Shown: positions 16,378 to 25,812 of the stretch, piece after piece | Layout: each line of letters opens with the position of its first letter | How positions within the stretch are numbered: position 1 is the first letter of the stretch | DNA from: Candidatus Falkowbacteria bacterium | GTDB lineage: Bacteria; Patescibacteriota; Patescibacteriia; Patescibacteriales; UBA12465 | Length of the DNA stretch: 31,172 bases | Assembly: GCA_903857815.1 (NCBI GenBank) | Contig: CAIOGK010000037.1 | Span: 1 to 31,172 of the forward strand | Direction: 5' to 3' | Translations under genes and position numbers: made by a program | The notes under the pieces: generated by a model | The model's database searches: none | Told to the model about the DNA's origin: nothing | The model's input: only the letters and a program-made list of their open reading frames with translations

Positions 16378-18182
16378 ATTTTATCAATATTTACTTCTAT
16401 TTTTTCCGGGGCTAACTCTAATTTATATAAACCAAAATTACGATTCATTTTTTTTATTAAAGTCATCTTTAAATTATAATTAACGAGTTTTCTTTCGTTC
16501 AAATAAATAACGTCAGCTTCATTTAAATAAAAATTGTAATAATAGACTGGATAATATTTAACTAATCTATTAACGGCAATTAATAACTCATCATTAGGAA
16601 TAGTCCCCATAATTATTCTTCTTTCTGGAAAAAAGAACTTATCATAATATCTTGTAATAATAACCGCATCAGCTTCAGTTAAGGCAAATACTTTAAGAGT
16701 GTTTTCCTTTTCGGCAATATTATTATAATACAAATAAGCAATTCCCTCTTCCGAGCCATACATTACAAAAATTGTCCCCGAAGCAATTATCAAAAAAACC
16801 AAAGCAGCTTGTAACCCACTAATCGCAATTTTTCGCCAACGCTGTCTTATTTCTTGCCCCGCAAAAAAGAAGGCTCGGCTCACTTTAACAATAGCTAAAG
16901 CCGCTAAAGGCATCATCATTAAATAAATGGGTAGCCAATACCGCGTATAAGAATTACCGATAGTAAACCGGCTAGGGTCCGGATTATCATTAAACTTCCA
17001 ACTGCCATAATAAAATATTAAAATAGCACTTAATACAATAAAGGCTAAAAAATAAACTAAATACTGTTTCTTAAATTTTATAATATTCTGAATCAATAAA
17101 ATTAACCAACCCAATAAAAACAAGACTACTAAAATAGGAAACATTTCGGGGATGTAATGTTTGGCCATGGCAATTGACTGCTCCTGATTAAAGCCAAAAT
17201 AGAAAACATTTTTATAGATTGTTTCAAAATATGGTCCGTATTTATCCTCCCCATTAGCTATTGATTTCAACATAGCCGAACCAGTTTTAGATAAATCATC
17301 TACCGAACGATTCATTTCATTATAACCACCATAAATAGGAGCGGAATATAAGACTTGATTAAAATAAGCGTTAGGAATAATTGCTAAAAATAGCCCACAA
17401 ATCATAAGTGCTAATTTTGTTATCCCGAATCTCTTAAAATAAAAAATCCAAACAATAAAAGTAGCTGGGGCTAACCAAATAATTTCTGATAATCGAGTAA
17501 TGAGTGCTAACCCAATAAATATTCCGCCTAAAAATGAGGCCAACATTTTTAACCAAGCTCCTAAATTTAAGCGAAATGATAAAAACTTACGATTTATTTT
17601 AATAACTTGAATATCATTTTCTTTTGTTGCTTTTTTCTCTAGAGCTAACAAAATAAAATAAATTCCCAACATCAATAAAACAATAAACAAAACATTATGA
17701 AACATGCTTCTAACGGTATAGTAAATATATACTGGGAAAGAAGCTAATAAAAAAGCCGAAATCAGGGCAATACGATCGGAAAATATCTTTTTTATAATAA
17801 GATAAAAAATAATTATTCCTAAAGCGGCAAAAAAAGGCGTTAAATAAGAAATAACAATTGAGCCAAAAACTGAGCCAATAATTCCATATAACAATATAAT
17901 ACCCAAAAAACTAACTGGCTTCAGCCAACCCTCATCGCTTCTTACGCTCCGAGGCATTATCATGCCATTACCAACAATTGCCGCCTCATCAAACATAGCA
18001 ATGCTTTCGCCCTCACTAAAGCGTTTAGCAAAAAAGTAGTTAGCGGTTTCGTCAGGTGATGACCATTTAACATACTCTGGGTCTTGAGTTAGATAACCAA
18101 AACTAGAGGTTAAAAAGAAAAAGACGGTCGCTAATATAACGACTATTATTAAATTAATATATGGTTTTAACTTTATTTTCAT
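16374..18182 (-). CDS. Polytopic GT-C fold glycosyltransferase (PMT/ArnT-like)
   Basis: Many TM helices; SPDETANY acidic motif in the first external loop; ATG 18182 preferred over the track's 18218, which runs through the promoter region. Confidence 0.7.
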   Translation of the reverse strand: MKIKLKPYINLIIVVILATVFFFLTSSFGYLTQDPEYVKWSSPDETANYFFAKRFSEGESIAMFDEAAIVGNGMIMPRSVRSDEGWLKPVSFLGIILLYGIIGSVFGSIVISYLTPFFAALGIIIFYLIIKKIFSDRIALISAFLLASFPVYIYYTVRSMFHNVLFIVLLMLGIYFILLALEKKATKENDIQVIKINRKFLSFRLNLGAWLKMLASFLGGIFIGLALITRLSEIIWLAPATFIVWIFYFKRFGITKLALMICGLFLAIIPNAYFNQVLYSAPIYGGYNEMNRSVDDLSKTGSAMLKSIANGEDKYGPYFETIYKNVFYFGFNQEQSIAMAKHYIPEMFPILVVLFLLGWLILLIQNIIKFKKQYLVYFLAFIVLSAILIFYYGSWKFNDNPDPSRFTIGNSYTRYWLPIYLMMMPLAALAIVKVSRAFFFAGQEIRQRWRKIAISGLQAALVFLIIASGTIFVMYGSEEGIAYLYYNNIAEKENTLKVFALTEADAVIITRYYDKFFFPERRIIMGTIPNDELLIAVNRLVKYYPVYYYNFYLNEADVIYLNERKLVNYNLKMTLIKKMNRNFGLYKLELAPEKIEVNIDKI

Positions 18183-18202
18183 CAATTTAATGTTATCCGA
18201 AA

Positions 18203-18232
18203 TTGCCAATTTTAGCAAGAATTTGCTATGAT
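18203..18232 (+). promoter_or_regulatory. Extended -10 promoter for the 18245 gene
   Basis: TTGCCA-N18-TATGAT with TGc extension. Confidence 0.6.
18209..18217 (-). promoter_or_regulatory. Extended -10 element for the GT-C-miaB-miaA operon
   Basis: TGcTAAAAT on the minus strand; no clear -35. Confidence 0.5.
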
Positions 18233-18244
18233 TATAGTAAATAT

Positions 18245-20242
18245 ATGAAAATTCGAGTATTAATAGAAATAGCCAAAAAAATTGCTCAAAATGCTGTTAT
18301 TTTTATAGCTATTTTAACAATTTATAGCACGATTATCTATTATTTTTACGCCCTAAATCTTACGGGCGTATTTTTATCGGTCATTTTATCTATTATTAGC
18401 ATAATATATTTAAACAAAAGCACCCTTATACAACCTCAAGTTAAAAAAGAGACTTTTGTATCCGCAATCTCCTCGGACAATAAATCGGGGCGACTCGGAA
18501 AAATCAATATAACGATCTATTTAATATTTTTAGTAGCGTCCGGCCTAGAGCTTTGGCTAGGTCGTAGTGATACCGCCTTCATTTCTCCCTGGGAAAAGAT
18601 TAATCATTTATTCTTCTTCTTTTACGCCATAAGCTCCTTAACTCTAATTATTACTATTTTTAATAAAGACGTAAATAAAAAAATAAAACTTTTATTAATC
18701 AGCAGCTACTATTTTTTAAGCCTAGCGGTAGCGATTATTGTATATAAAATTAATTATGGATTTGATCCTTTTATACACCAAGCGGCCATGGAAGTTATAG
18801 ATAAAGCAGGCTTTATATTACCTAAGACTCCTTATTACCTTGGCCAATATGGTCTTATTATCAGTCTTCATAAATTATTTGGAATTTCAATTTATATCCT
18901 TAATAAATTTTTAGTGCCAGTATTAGCAACCGCGATACTGCCCCAATTAATTTATAGACTTTTTAATATTTTCAAGGAAGCACCTGAAAACTCTAAAAAT
19001 ATTTCTCTAATGGGGACCTTGCTAACGTTAGCTTTCAGTTTACCATTATTTATTATCAGTACCCCGCAGAATTTAAGCTATATTTTTCTTATTGCCGCTA
19101 TTATCTACGGATTAACAGAAAAAAAACCAACTAAAGCAATAATCTTTTCAGTCGCGACTGCTGCGATTCATCCAATCTCGGGCATCCCTGCTTTAATATG
19201 GAGTCTCTGGCTATTATTAAAATATAAGCGCCAATATCTAAATAAACTAACAAATAGTCTAATCAATACTCTAATTATAGTTGCCGGAGCGATAATTTTA
19301 CCTTTAATATTACTAATTACCAGCGGAGAAAAGATTAATAAATTTAGTTTTAACCAAAATGCAATCACCGCCCCTTTAAAGGAAACATTCTCTTTATCGA
19401 TGGTTGGCAAAGAAAATTGGATACTTAATCTAACATATTTCATCCAAAATAATAAATCCCTATTAATTTTTATTATGGTCATCGCGGGGATTATTTTATT
19501 TTATAAAAAATATCAAAATTATCTTAACAAAGAAGCGGTTTACATTTGGAAAGGCTTAATATTTATTAGCGCATCCTTAATTATTGCGTTTATTTTAAGT
19601 AGCCAAATATCTTTTCAACAATTAATTATTTACGAACAATCAGGATATGCAAACCGCATAATTATTATTGGCATAATATTTTTAATGCCATTTCTTGCCC
19701 TAGCAATCAATAGCCTTTTGATTAAAATTATTGATTTAAAAGAAAAAAATATAAAAATTATTTGGATAATTTTAGGAATAATATTTTTAATAACTTCTCT
19801 ATATTTAGCCTATCCTCGATTCGATAGATATTATAATTCTAGAGGCTATAGTACTAGTAAATTCGACTTAGAGGCAGTTTCTCAAATAGATAATCAAACA
19901 AAGAATAATTATATAGTATTAGCCAACCAACAAGTATCAGCTGCCGCCTTAAAACTCTTAGGTTTTAATCATTACTACCAAAGCAAACAAGGTCCTATCT
20001 ATTTTTATCCCATACCAACCGGGGGGCCACTTTATCAACATTACCTAGATATGGTCTATCAAAAACCCGACCGCGAAACAATGCAAGCAGCAATGAATTT
20101 AGTCGGGGTTAATGAGGCTTATTTAGTAATAAATAAATATTGGAATAGTAGCGCAAAAATAGTTGAAGCGGCTAAACTAACTGCCGATGATTGGAAAACA
20201 ATCGAGAATGGAGAAATTACTATTTTTAAATATATTAGATAA
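18245..20242 (+). CDS. Large polytopic membrane protein, probable GT-C fold
   Basis: More than 12 TM segments, YGFDPFIH loop motif, soluble C-terminal domain; ATG 18245 preferred over the track's 18203. Confidence 0.55.
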   Translation: MKIRVLIEIAKKIAQNAVIFIAILTIYSTIIYYFYALNLTGVFLSVILSIISIIYLNKSTLIQPQVKKETFVSAISSDNKSGRLGKINITIYLIFLVASGLELWLGRSDTAFISPWEKINHLFFFFYAISSLTLIITIFNKDVNKKIKLLLISSYYFLSLAVAIIVYKINYGFDPFIHQAAMEVIDKAGFILPKTPYYLGQYGLIISLHKLFGISIYILNKFLVPVLATAILPQLIYRLFNIFKEAPENSKNISLMGTLLTLAFSLPLFIISTPQNLSYIFLIAAIIYGLTEKKPTKAIIFSVATAAIHPISGIPALIWSLWLLLKYKRQYLNKLTNSLINTLIIVAGAIILPLILLITSGEKINKFSFNQNAITAPLKETFSLSMVGKENWILNLTYFIQNNKSLLIFIMVIAGIILFYKKYQNYLNKEAVYIWKGLIFISASLIIAFILSSQISFQQLIIYEQSGYANRIIIIGIIFLMPFLALAINSLLIKIIDLKEKNIKIIWIILGIIFLITSLYLAYPRFDRYYNSRGYSTSKFDLEAVSQIDNQTKNNYIVLANQQVSAAALKLLGFNHYYQSKQGPIYFYPIPTGGPLYQHYLDMVYQKPDRETMQAAMNLVGVNEAYLVINKYWNSSAKIVEAAKLTADDWKTIENGEITIFKYIR

Positions 20243-20244
20243 AA

Positions 20245-22602
20245 TTAACGGCTTTCTTGATAATCCCAAACTGGACCAACCGATATAACTTTACTACCTG
20301 ATAATTGATGAACTAACACTAGGAGTTTAAGGTTGTTAAGGTTTTCTTTAAGTACCATTTTATTTCTTGACGAAGGAATTAAGAGAATTTTACTATTTAT
20401 ATCTTTTTTATCAACTGAAAATTTTCTAGCAAAATCTGTGATAGCTTCGCTATCTTTTTCATTTAAAGGTTCCGAGGTTAATTCTTTAGTCATAACATCA
20501 CGCAACATTTTCAAGTCACTGCTAATTGCCTGAATACTTTGAAAGGCTAAATTCATCTCTTCATTAAGACGTAAAGCGTTAAACATCTGCTCTAGCATCT
20601 CATTGGTAGCGATTAATTCATTAACCATCGGAATATTAGGTTCTACATAAATATTTTCATTATAGCGAGAAAAATTACTCAAACTTTGTCCTTTAAAAAC
20701 GGGTGTAAGAGAAAATTTTTCTAAAGGAAGCTGAAAATTAATCCAAGCAGCAATAGCAGTTTTTAAGTTTTTCTGCTTCCAAGCATCTGAACTTGCAAAT
20801 ACTGGTAAATTTTTAGTATCAACTTTTAAAATAGCCTCCATCAAATTAATAGTGGACCAATAATTAGAGGTGTGCCATAAACCATCACGATTTAACTGCC
20901 CAATTAACTTATCGGCTGAACTTTTATAATTTGCGTATTGCGTATTTTTATCAAATATCGGATTTCCGGCCATTGGTTCTATCATATTGGCAATATCTAA
21001 AGAAAAACCGTTACAACGAGTAATTGATTTTCTAGAATCGCAATAAGTAATATCATTTATTCTAGTCGACGTCCCTTGATAAGCGCCAACTAAAGGTGAG
21101 GTTAACTGAGCAAATAAATAATCATTAGGCCAGTAAGACTCTGTTAACATTTTAAAACCAATTAATTTTTTGTTAGCCGGCTCACTCTTATCGATTGCTC
21201 CGCGAATTGCCGCATAATCATTTTTTAATAAATCATCTCTTAATTTCTCCAAATTACTCTTGGAATCTCGATTTGTATCATCAAAAATATTCTCAATATT
21301 ATAATTTTCTCCAAAAACTCTTATTAAGGAATCGCGATAATCGACATAATCGATTTCCTCCCTTAACCCCCTAAAAAATGCTGTCAGTTTATAAATACGA
21401 GCCCAACGGCTTTTTAAGTCTGGACGGCTAGAAAAATCAGCCGAAATAAAACTAGCGGCAATCATACTAAGTCGCCAGTCCTCTTTATCCAACAAACAAT
21501 CGGGACATTGGGGGCTTTTATATTCAAGCGGAAAAACAGAATTTAACCACTTCGAAGCTAAATAAAAATTATTAAGTTTAGCGTCAACTTTATATTCTTT
21601 AGGGACAATAAACTCTGCATAGTTTCTGTTATATAAAAGATTGGGAGATTTTGAATTACTTTTTGCTTCCTTAATTAAAGCGACTTCTTTAGCAACATCA
21701 TCTTTTAAATATGGCGGAACAGTTAAATGAAATCTTTCAACATCGCCTTCGTTGAATTTACTGCTACTATCAACCGCCGAATTTACAGAAACTTGCTCAG
21801 GACTTGGCTTCAAAAGCTCTAAAGAGACAGCAAAGAAAGCCATCTCTAAACGTTGCCCTTCTAGAATTGAATCGTTAATCTCACCAATAGACGCTAATCT
21901 AGTTTCATAACGATTCTTGGCAAGAGTATAAAGTTCTTTATTAATTAACCAGAGATTATCATAAAAAACATTAGCTTCTATATCTTTAAATATTTTTTTA
22001 GTCATGTTCTGATAATAATAAATGATAAAATCAGAAGTAATTAAAAATGGTATTTGTTTTTCATCTAAACGCTCATAAATCGAATAAAAATCACTTATCT
22101 CATTTTGCCAAGGATTATTAATAATGGTAAATCCTTGATTATTTAATCCGGTAATACCCGGCTCAAGATTAAGTTTACGGGAGAGATCGTAATAATTCAT
22201 CCCCTCTAATTTAATATTCAAAGGTAAACTATAATCATCGATATTAACTTTCAAATCATTCTCTGGCTTTTTATAGAATTCCGTAAAAGATAAATACTCA
22301 ACTGCTAAATCAGACAGGGTCGTAGTTGCTGAAGTAGAGGTTGCCTCTTGAGGATTTTCTAAATTAGGAAGAGCAACCGGATTAGTTTCCCGAACTACTT
22401 GATTATTTTCTACTACAACTACCGGCTTATGACTAAAGTATTTTTTATAAACCAGAACAATCGCAACTATAAAAACTATAACTGCTAAGATTAAGGCCGC
22501 TAAAAGAATCATCTTTTTAATCGGCTTTTTATTAGACGGCTGCGGTTCTTCGTATTTTTGATTTTCTTCCGACGCTAAAACCATCGGCTGTTCTACGAAC
22601 AT
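20245..22602 (-). CDS. Divergent DUF3160-like membrane-anchored protein
   Basis: N-terminal TM; IPFLITSDF, AFFAVSLELL, KNLKTAIAAW, YVEPN and terminal VGPVWDYQE resemble DUF3160 blocks (recognised by eye). Confidence 0.65.
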   Translation of the reverse strand: MFVEQPMVLASEENQKYEEPQPSNKKPIKKMILLAALILAVIVFIVAIVLVYKKYFSHKPVVVVENNQVVRETNPVALPNLENPQEATSTSATTTLSDLAVEYLSFTEFYKKPENDLKVNIDDYSLPLNIKLEGMNYYDLSRKLNLEPGITGLNNQGFTIINNPWQNEISDFYSIYERLDEKQIPFLITSDFIIYYYQNMTKKIFKDIEANVFYDNLWLINKELYTLAKNRYETRLASIGEINDSILEGQRLEMAFFAVSLELLKPSPEQVSVNSAVDSSSKFNEGDVERFHLTVPPYLKDDVAKEVALIKEAKSNSKSPNLLYNRNYAEFIVPKEYKVDAKLNNFYLASKWLNSVFPLEYKSPQCPDCLLDKEDWRLSMIAASFISADFSSRPDLKSRWARIYKLTAFFRGLREEIDYVDYRDSLIRVFGENYNIENIFDDTNRDSKSNLEKLRDDLLKNDYAAIRGAIDKSEPANKKLIGFKMLTESYWPNDYLFAQLTSPLVGAYQGTSTRINDITYCDSRKSITRCNGFSLDIANMIEPMAGNPIFDKNTQYANYKSSADKLIGQLNRDGLWHTSNYWSTINLMEAILKVDTKNLPVFASSDAWKQKNLKTAIAAWINFQLPLEKFSLTPVFKGQSLSNFSRYNENIYVEPNIPMVNELIATNEMLEQMFNALRLNEEMNLAFQSIQAISSDLKMLRDVMTKELTSEPLNEKDSEAITDFARKFSVDKKDINSKILLIPSSRNKMVLKENLNNLKLLVLVHQLSGSKVISVGPVWDYQESR

Positions 22603-22606
22603 AAAT

Positions 22607-23542
22607 TTATTTCAAATATTTATATTTATTTTGCAAATGTTCTTCGTAAGTTTTTGCGTAATATATTTTACCATCATCACTAGTAAGAAAATAATTATAA
22701 TCTGTTTTAATTGGATAGATAGCCGCTTCAATTGCTCTCATGCCGGGATTACAAATTGGTGTTGGCGGCAATCCTTTATATTTATAGCTATTATAAGGTG
22801 AATCAATTTCTAAATCACTGGCGGAGTGGCTGGGATTATTATCTTTTAAAAGATAGGAAAGAGTTGCATCTGATTGAAGCGCCTGCCCTATTTTTAAACG
22901 TCCCCAAAAAATATCAGATACTATTTTAGCATCACGATTTTCAACATCTTTATAATCTATTGGTGCCTCTTTCTCTATTAAAGAAGCCATTATAACTATT
23001 TCGTAAATCGTTTTTCCTTGGCTAGCAATATCCTGGCGCATTTGAGCGGTTAACTTAGAATCAAAATTCTTTAACATCTTATAAATAACATCTTGAATGC
23101 TGGCATCGGAATAAATTCTGTAAGTATCAGGAAACAAAAATCCTTCTAAGCTGTAATAATTTGGTTTATCTTTTAAAAAGGTAAACTGCTGCGAAAAATC
23201 AAAAGGTAATTCTGAATTATTTAAATTACGATAGTCGATTTTTGGTTGTCCGGTAAATTTTTCTAAATCTAGACGACTCCACTTTCCGGTAGCTACTAAG
23301 TAATTATTAATATCGTCTATCGTCCAACCTTCAAGAACTTTTACAGTATCTTCTGATTTATAAACTATATTACTTGGTTTTTGCCTATTATCTCTAGCAA
23401 TAATAAATTTTTCGATAAATGCAGGAAAATATTGTTTATTTGGCTTTATTAAATTACGATAAATTGGTCTAAGAGAAAATAAAAAGAAAATATGCATGGC
23501 AATTATAAGAATAACGACCCATGGTTTAGACAATTTAATCAT
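22607..23542 (-). CDS. mltG: Endolytic transglycosylase MltG
   Basis: LEGFLFPDTY, ASLIEKEA catalytic Glu, LQSDAT, SPYNSYKYKGLPPTPICNPG. Confidence 0.93.
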   Translation of the reverse strand: MIKLSKPWVVILIIAMHIFFLFSLRPIYRNLIKPNKQYFPAFIEKFIIARDNRQKPSNIVYKSEDTVKVLEGWTIDDINNYLVATGKWSRLDLEKFTGQPKIDYRNLNNSELPFDFSQQFTFLKDKPNYYSLEGFLFPDTYRIYSDASIQDVIYKMLKNFDSKLTAQMRQDIASQGKTIYEIVIMASLIEKEAPIDYKDVENRDAKIVSDIFWGRLKIGQALQSDATLSYLLKDNNPSHSASDLEIDSPYNSYKYKGLPPTPICNPGMRAIEAAIYPIKTDYNYFLTSDDGKIYYAKTYEEHLQNKYKYLK

Positions 23543-23545
23543 AAT

Positions 23546-24025
23546 TTATTTTTTGGTTTTTATTTTTTCCAACTCTTTCTCTGATTTCAGGGCAGCCGCG
23601 CGGGCAATCATTTGCGAGCTAGCTCTTATTTTTTTACCTAAACCATCAACCATGGTTATGTTTAATTTTTGGCAAATAGGATATTCCGGAACATCGCCAA
23701 TACTATGACGATCGCCGCCATTAGCAAAAATATTAGGGCGAACTTTAGCTAAAGAACGACAAACAGTCTTATCTTTATCAATCGATAAAAAAACTTCGTC
23801 AACATCACGCAAGGCATTAATAATTCTAATTCTATCTTTCTCAGACATAAAAGGAACGCTCCCTTTAAGCGCAACTTGTTTATCATTATTAATAATAACA
23901 ACCAGTTTATCGCCTAATTTTTTAGCTTTTTCAATCATATCAAGATGGCCAACATGAAGCGGATTAAAATAACCAGAAACAGCAACAATTATTGATTTTT
24001 TATCTTTTATTTTCTTGGAGTACAT
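23546..24025 (-). CDS. HIGH-motif cytidylyltransferase-family protein (TagD/RfaE-II/RibL-like)
   Basis: SGYFNPLHVGH, VIINND, DVDEV, FANGGDR, terminal ASS. Confidence 0.85.
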   Translation of the reverse strand: MYSKKIKDKKSIIVAVSGYFNPLHVGHLDMIEKAKKLGDKLVVIINNDKQVALKGSVPFMSEKDRIRIINALRDVDEVFLSIDKDKTVCRSLAKVRPNIFANGGDRHSIGDVPEYPICQKLNITMVDGLGKKIRASSQMIARAAALKSEKELEKIKTKK

Positions 24026-24051
24026 AGTAATTTATTTAATTTATCACTTAT

Positions 24052-24080
24052 ATTATAGCAAAATAAACGAGTCGGGACAA
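24052..24080 (-). promoter_or_regulatory. Promoter for the cytidylyltransferase-mltG-DUF3160 operon
   Basis: TTGTCC-N17-TATAAT with TGc extension. Confidence 0.7.
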
Positions 24081-24102
24081 ACAAACAACAAAATGTTATA
24101 AT
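24074..24102 (+). promoter_or_regulatory. Promoter for uppP
   Basis: GGGACA-N17-TATAAT with TGt extension. Confidence 0.65.
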
Positions 24103-24123
24103 CAATTTAGATAATTATAAAAT

Positions 24124-24921
24124 ATGACTATTATACAATCACTTATTCTGGGTTTAATTGAGGGCGTAACTGAATTTCTGCCAATATCTTCAACGGCTCA
24201 TTTAATCGTTTCCGCGAAGTGGCTAAAAATTCCCGACTCTTCATTTTTAACTAGTTTTCTAATCTCTATCCAACTAGGGGCAATCTTATCTGTAGCGGTT
24301 TTATATGCTAAAACAATAATCAAGAACCCTAAATTTATACTAAAAATTATAGCCGCGTTTATACCAACGGCCATCATTGGCTTCACTGTTTATAAAGTAG
24401 TAAAAAATTATTTAATGGAAAGCCTGCCGACCATTGCCGGGGCGCTGATTATCGGTGGGATAGTTTTAATTATCTTGGAAAAATATTTTGCTAGAAAATC
24501 AGCTTCAAACGGAATTATTAAACAACCAAATTATACTGAATTGGATGCTATCTCTTATGGCCAAGCTTCTTTAATAGGAATATTTCAAGCTTTAGCGGTT
24601 GTTCCTGGCGTATCTCGTTCAGCCGCAACTATCATGGGCGGGCTGTCACTCGGCGTTTCTCGAAAAAATATTGTCGAGTTTTCTTTCTTGTTAGCTATGC
24701 CAACTATGCTCGCAGCAACAGTCTTTGATTTATATAAGACTCCAATTGTATTAAACAACCAAGAAATGATTGTTTGGTTCATCGGTCTAGTTACCGCTTT
24801 CATTACGGCTATTATCGGAATAAAATTCTTTCTTAAATTTATTCAAAAAAATAACTTTATCCCATTTGGTTGGTATAGAATAATCGCGGGGGTTGTCTTA
24901 ATCGCCTATATTTTAATCTAA
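24124..24921 (+). CDS. uppP: Undecaprenyl-diphosphate phosphatase
   Basis: GLIEGVTEFLPISSTAH, IQLGAIL, PGVSRSAATI, EFSFLLAMP, FGWYR. Confidence 0.95.
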   Translation: MTIIQSLILGLIEGVTEFLPISSTAHLIVSAKWLKIPDSSFLTSFLISIQLGAILSVAVLYAKTIIKNPKFILKIIAAFIPTAIIGFTVYKVVKNYLMESLPTIAGALIIGGIVLIILEKYFARKSASNGIIKQPNYTELDAISYGQASLIGIFQALAVVPGVSRSAATIMGGLSLGVSRKNIVEFSFLLAMPTMLAATVFDLYKTPIVLNNQEMIVWFIGLVTAFITAIIGIKFFLKFIQKNNFIPFGWYRIIAGVVLIAYILI

Positions 24922-24942
24922 GTTTATACTACATTTAATCGC

Positions 24943-24969
24943 AAAAAAACCGCTTTATGGGCGGTTTTT
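24943..24969. terminator. Bidirectional intrinsic terminator
   Basis: A7-CCGCTT/TAT/GGGCGG-T5 between convergent uppP and the 24991 gene. Confidence 0.8.
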
Positions 24970-24990
24970 AAATCCAGATTTAAATTTAAT

Positions 24991-25812
24991 CTAATTTGCT
25001 TCTGGAGCAATAAAGCCATCAACAGCAACTCGACCATCGAATTCAGCGGCAACTTCTTCAGCAATTTTAGTAGTAGCTTCTAATTGTTCAGCATCTTTAG
25101 CGGATATGATTAGGTAAAAAGGGTTCTCCTTATCGAATCTTTCACCGAAAGAATGACTTCCTAAAGCAATCCCGATTAAAGCCCTAGTTTCAATCTTTTG
25201 ATATTCAGCGCTTAAACCGAAATCAGAAGCAGAACTGATAAATTGAGGAGGGAAACCTTCTAAATTAGCAACATCGAAACGTCCAGTTCCGTCCATAACT
25301 AAAGCGCGTTCATTATGAACAGCGCATTTAAATTCATCGTGATGAACCTCCTTATAGGCATTACCGGTGTTATGAGCCAATTCTTTGGTGTACTCATAGC
25401 CGTGGTAATCACTATGTTCGCCCGGATGTGCAATCCCGGCTGCACCGCAATTTTCATGGCCACTGATAGTAAGGCCCTTTTCTTTAATGGCCTTTTCTAA
25501 AATCGCCAAATCTTCAAGCCCTAGCAAAATACCTTGACCAGCCAAAGCCATTTTAGGCCCAGAACAAACTCGACCATCGGAACACTCCAAACAGGTTAGT
25601 TCATGGTCAAAAGCTTTCTGAAAACCAGGTAATTCGAAAAGTTTCTCTTCGATTTTTTCACCAGCGTTCAAAGCTTTAACGATTTTATTCTCTTGGCTTT
25701 TTTGCCATTCTTGATTAAACAACTCTTCGTGGTTGTTTTCGTGATTGTCATGTTCTTTTTCCATTGTTTCAGATTTTGGTTTATTATTAAACATATTTAT
25801 TTCTTTAAACAT
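24991..25812 (-). CDS. Hypothetical protein with a beta-carbonic-anhydrase-like zinc motif
   Basis: C77-S-D79-G-R81 and H119-E-N-C122-G; His/acid-rich; no signal peptide or TM seen. Confidence 0.6.
   Translation of the reverse strand: MFKEINMFNNKPKSETMEKEHDNHENNHEELFNQEWQKSQENKIVKALNAGEKIEEKLFELPGFQKAFDHELTCLECSDGRVCSGPKMALAGQGILLGLEDLAILEKAIKEKGLTISGHENCGAAGIAHPGEHSDYHGYEYTKELAHNTGNAYKEVHHDEFKCAVHNERALVMDGTGRFDVANLEGFPPQFISSASDFGLSAEYQKIETRALIGIALGSHSFGERFDKENPFYLIISAKDAEQLEATTKIAEEVAAEFDGRVAVDGFIAPEAN

Noticed and set aside
18183-18244. Apparent head-to-head overlap of the 614-aa and 679-aa ORFs
   Set aside because: Artefact of upstream start calls; downstream ATGs leave a clean promoter-containing gap
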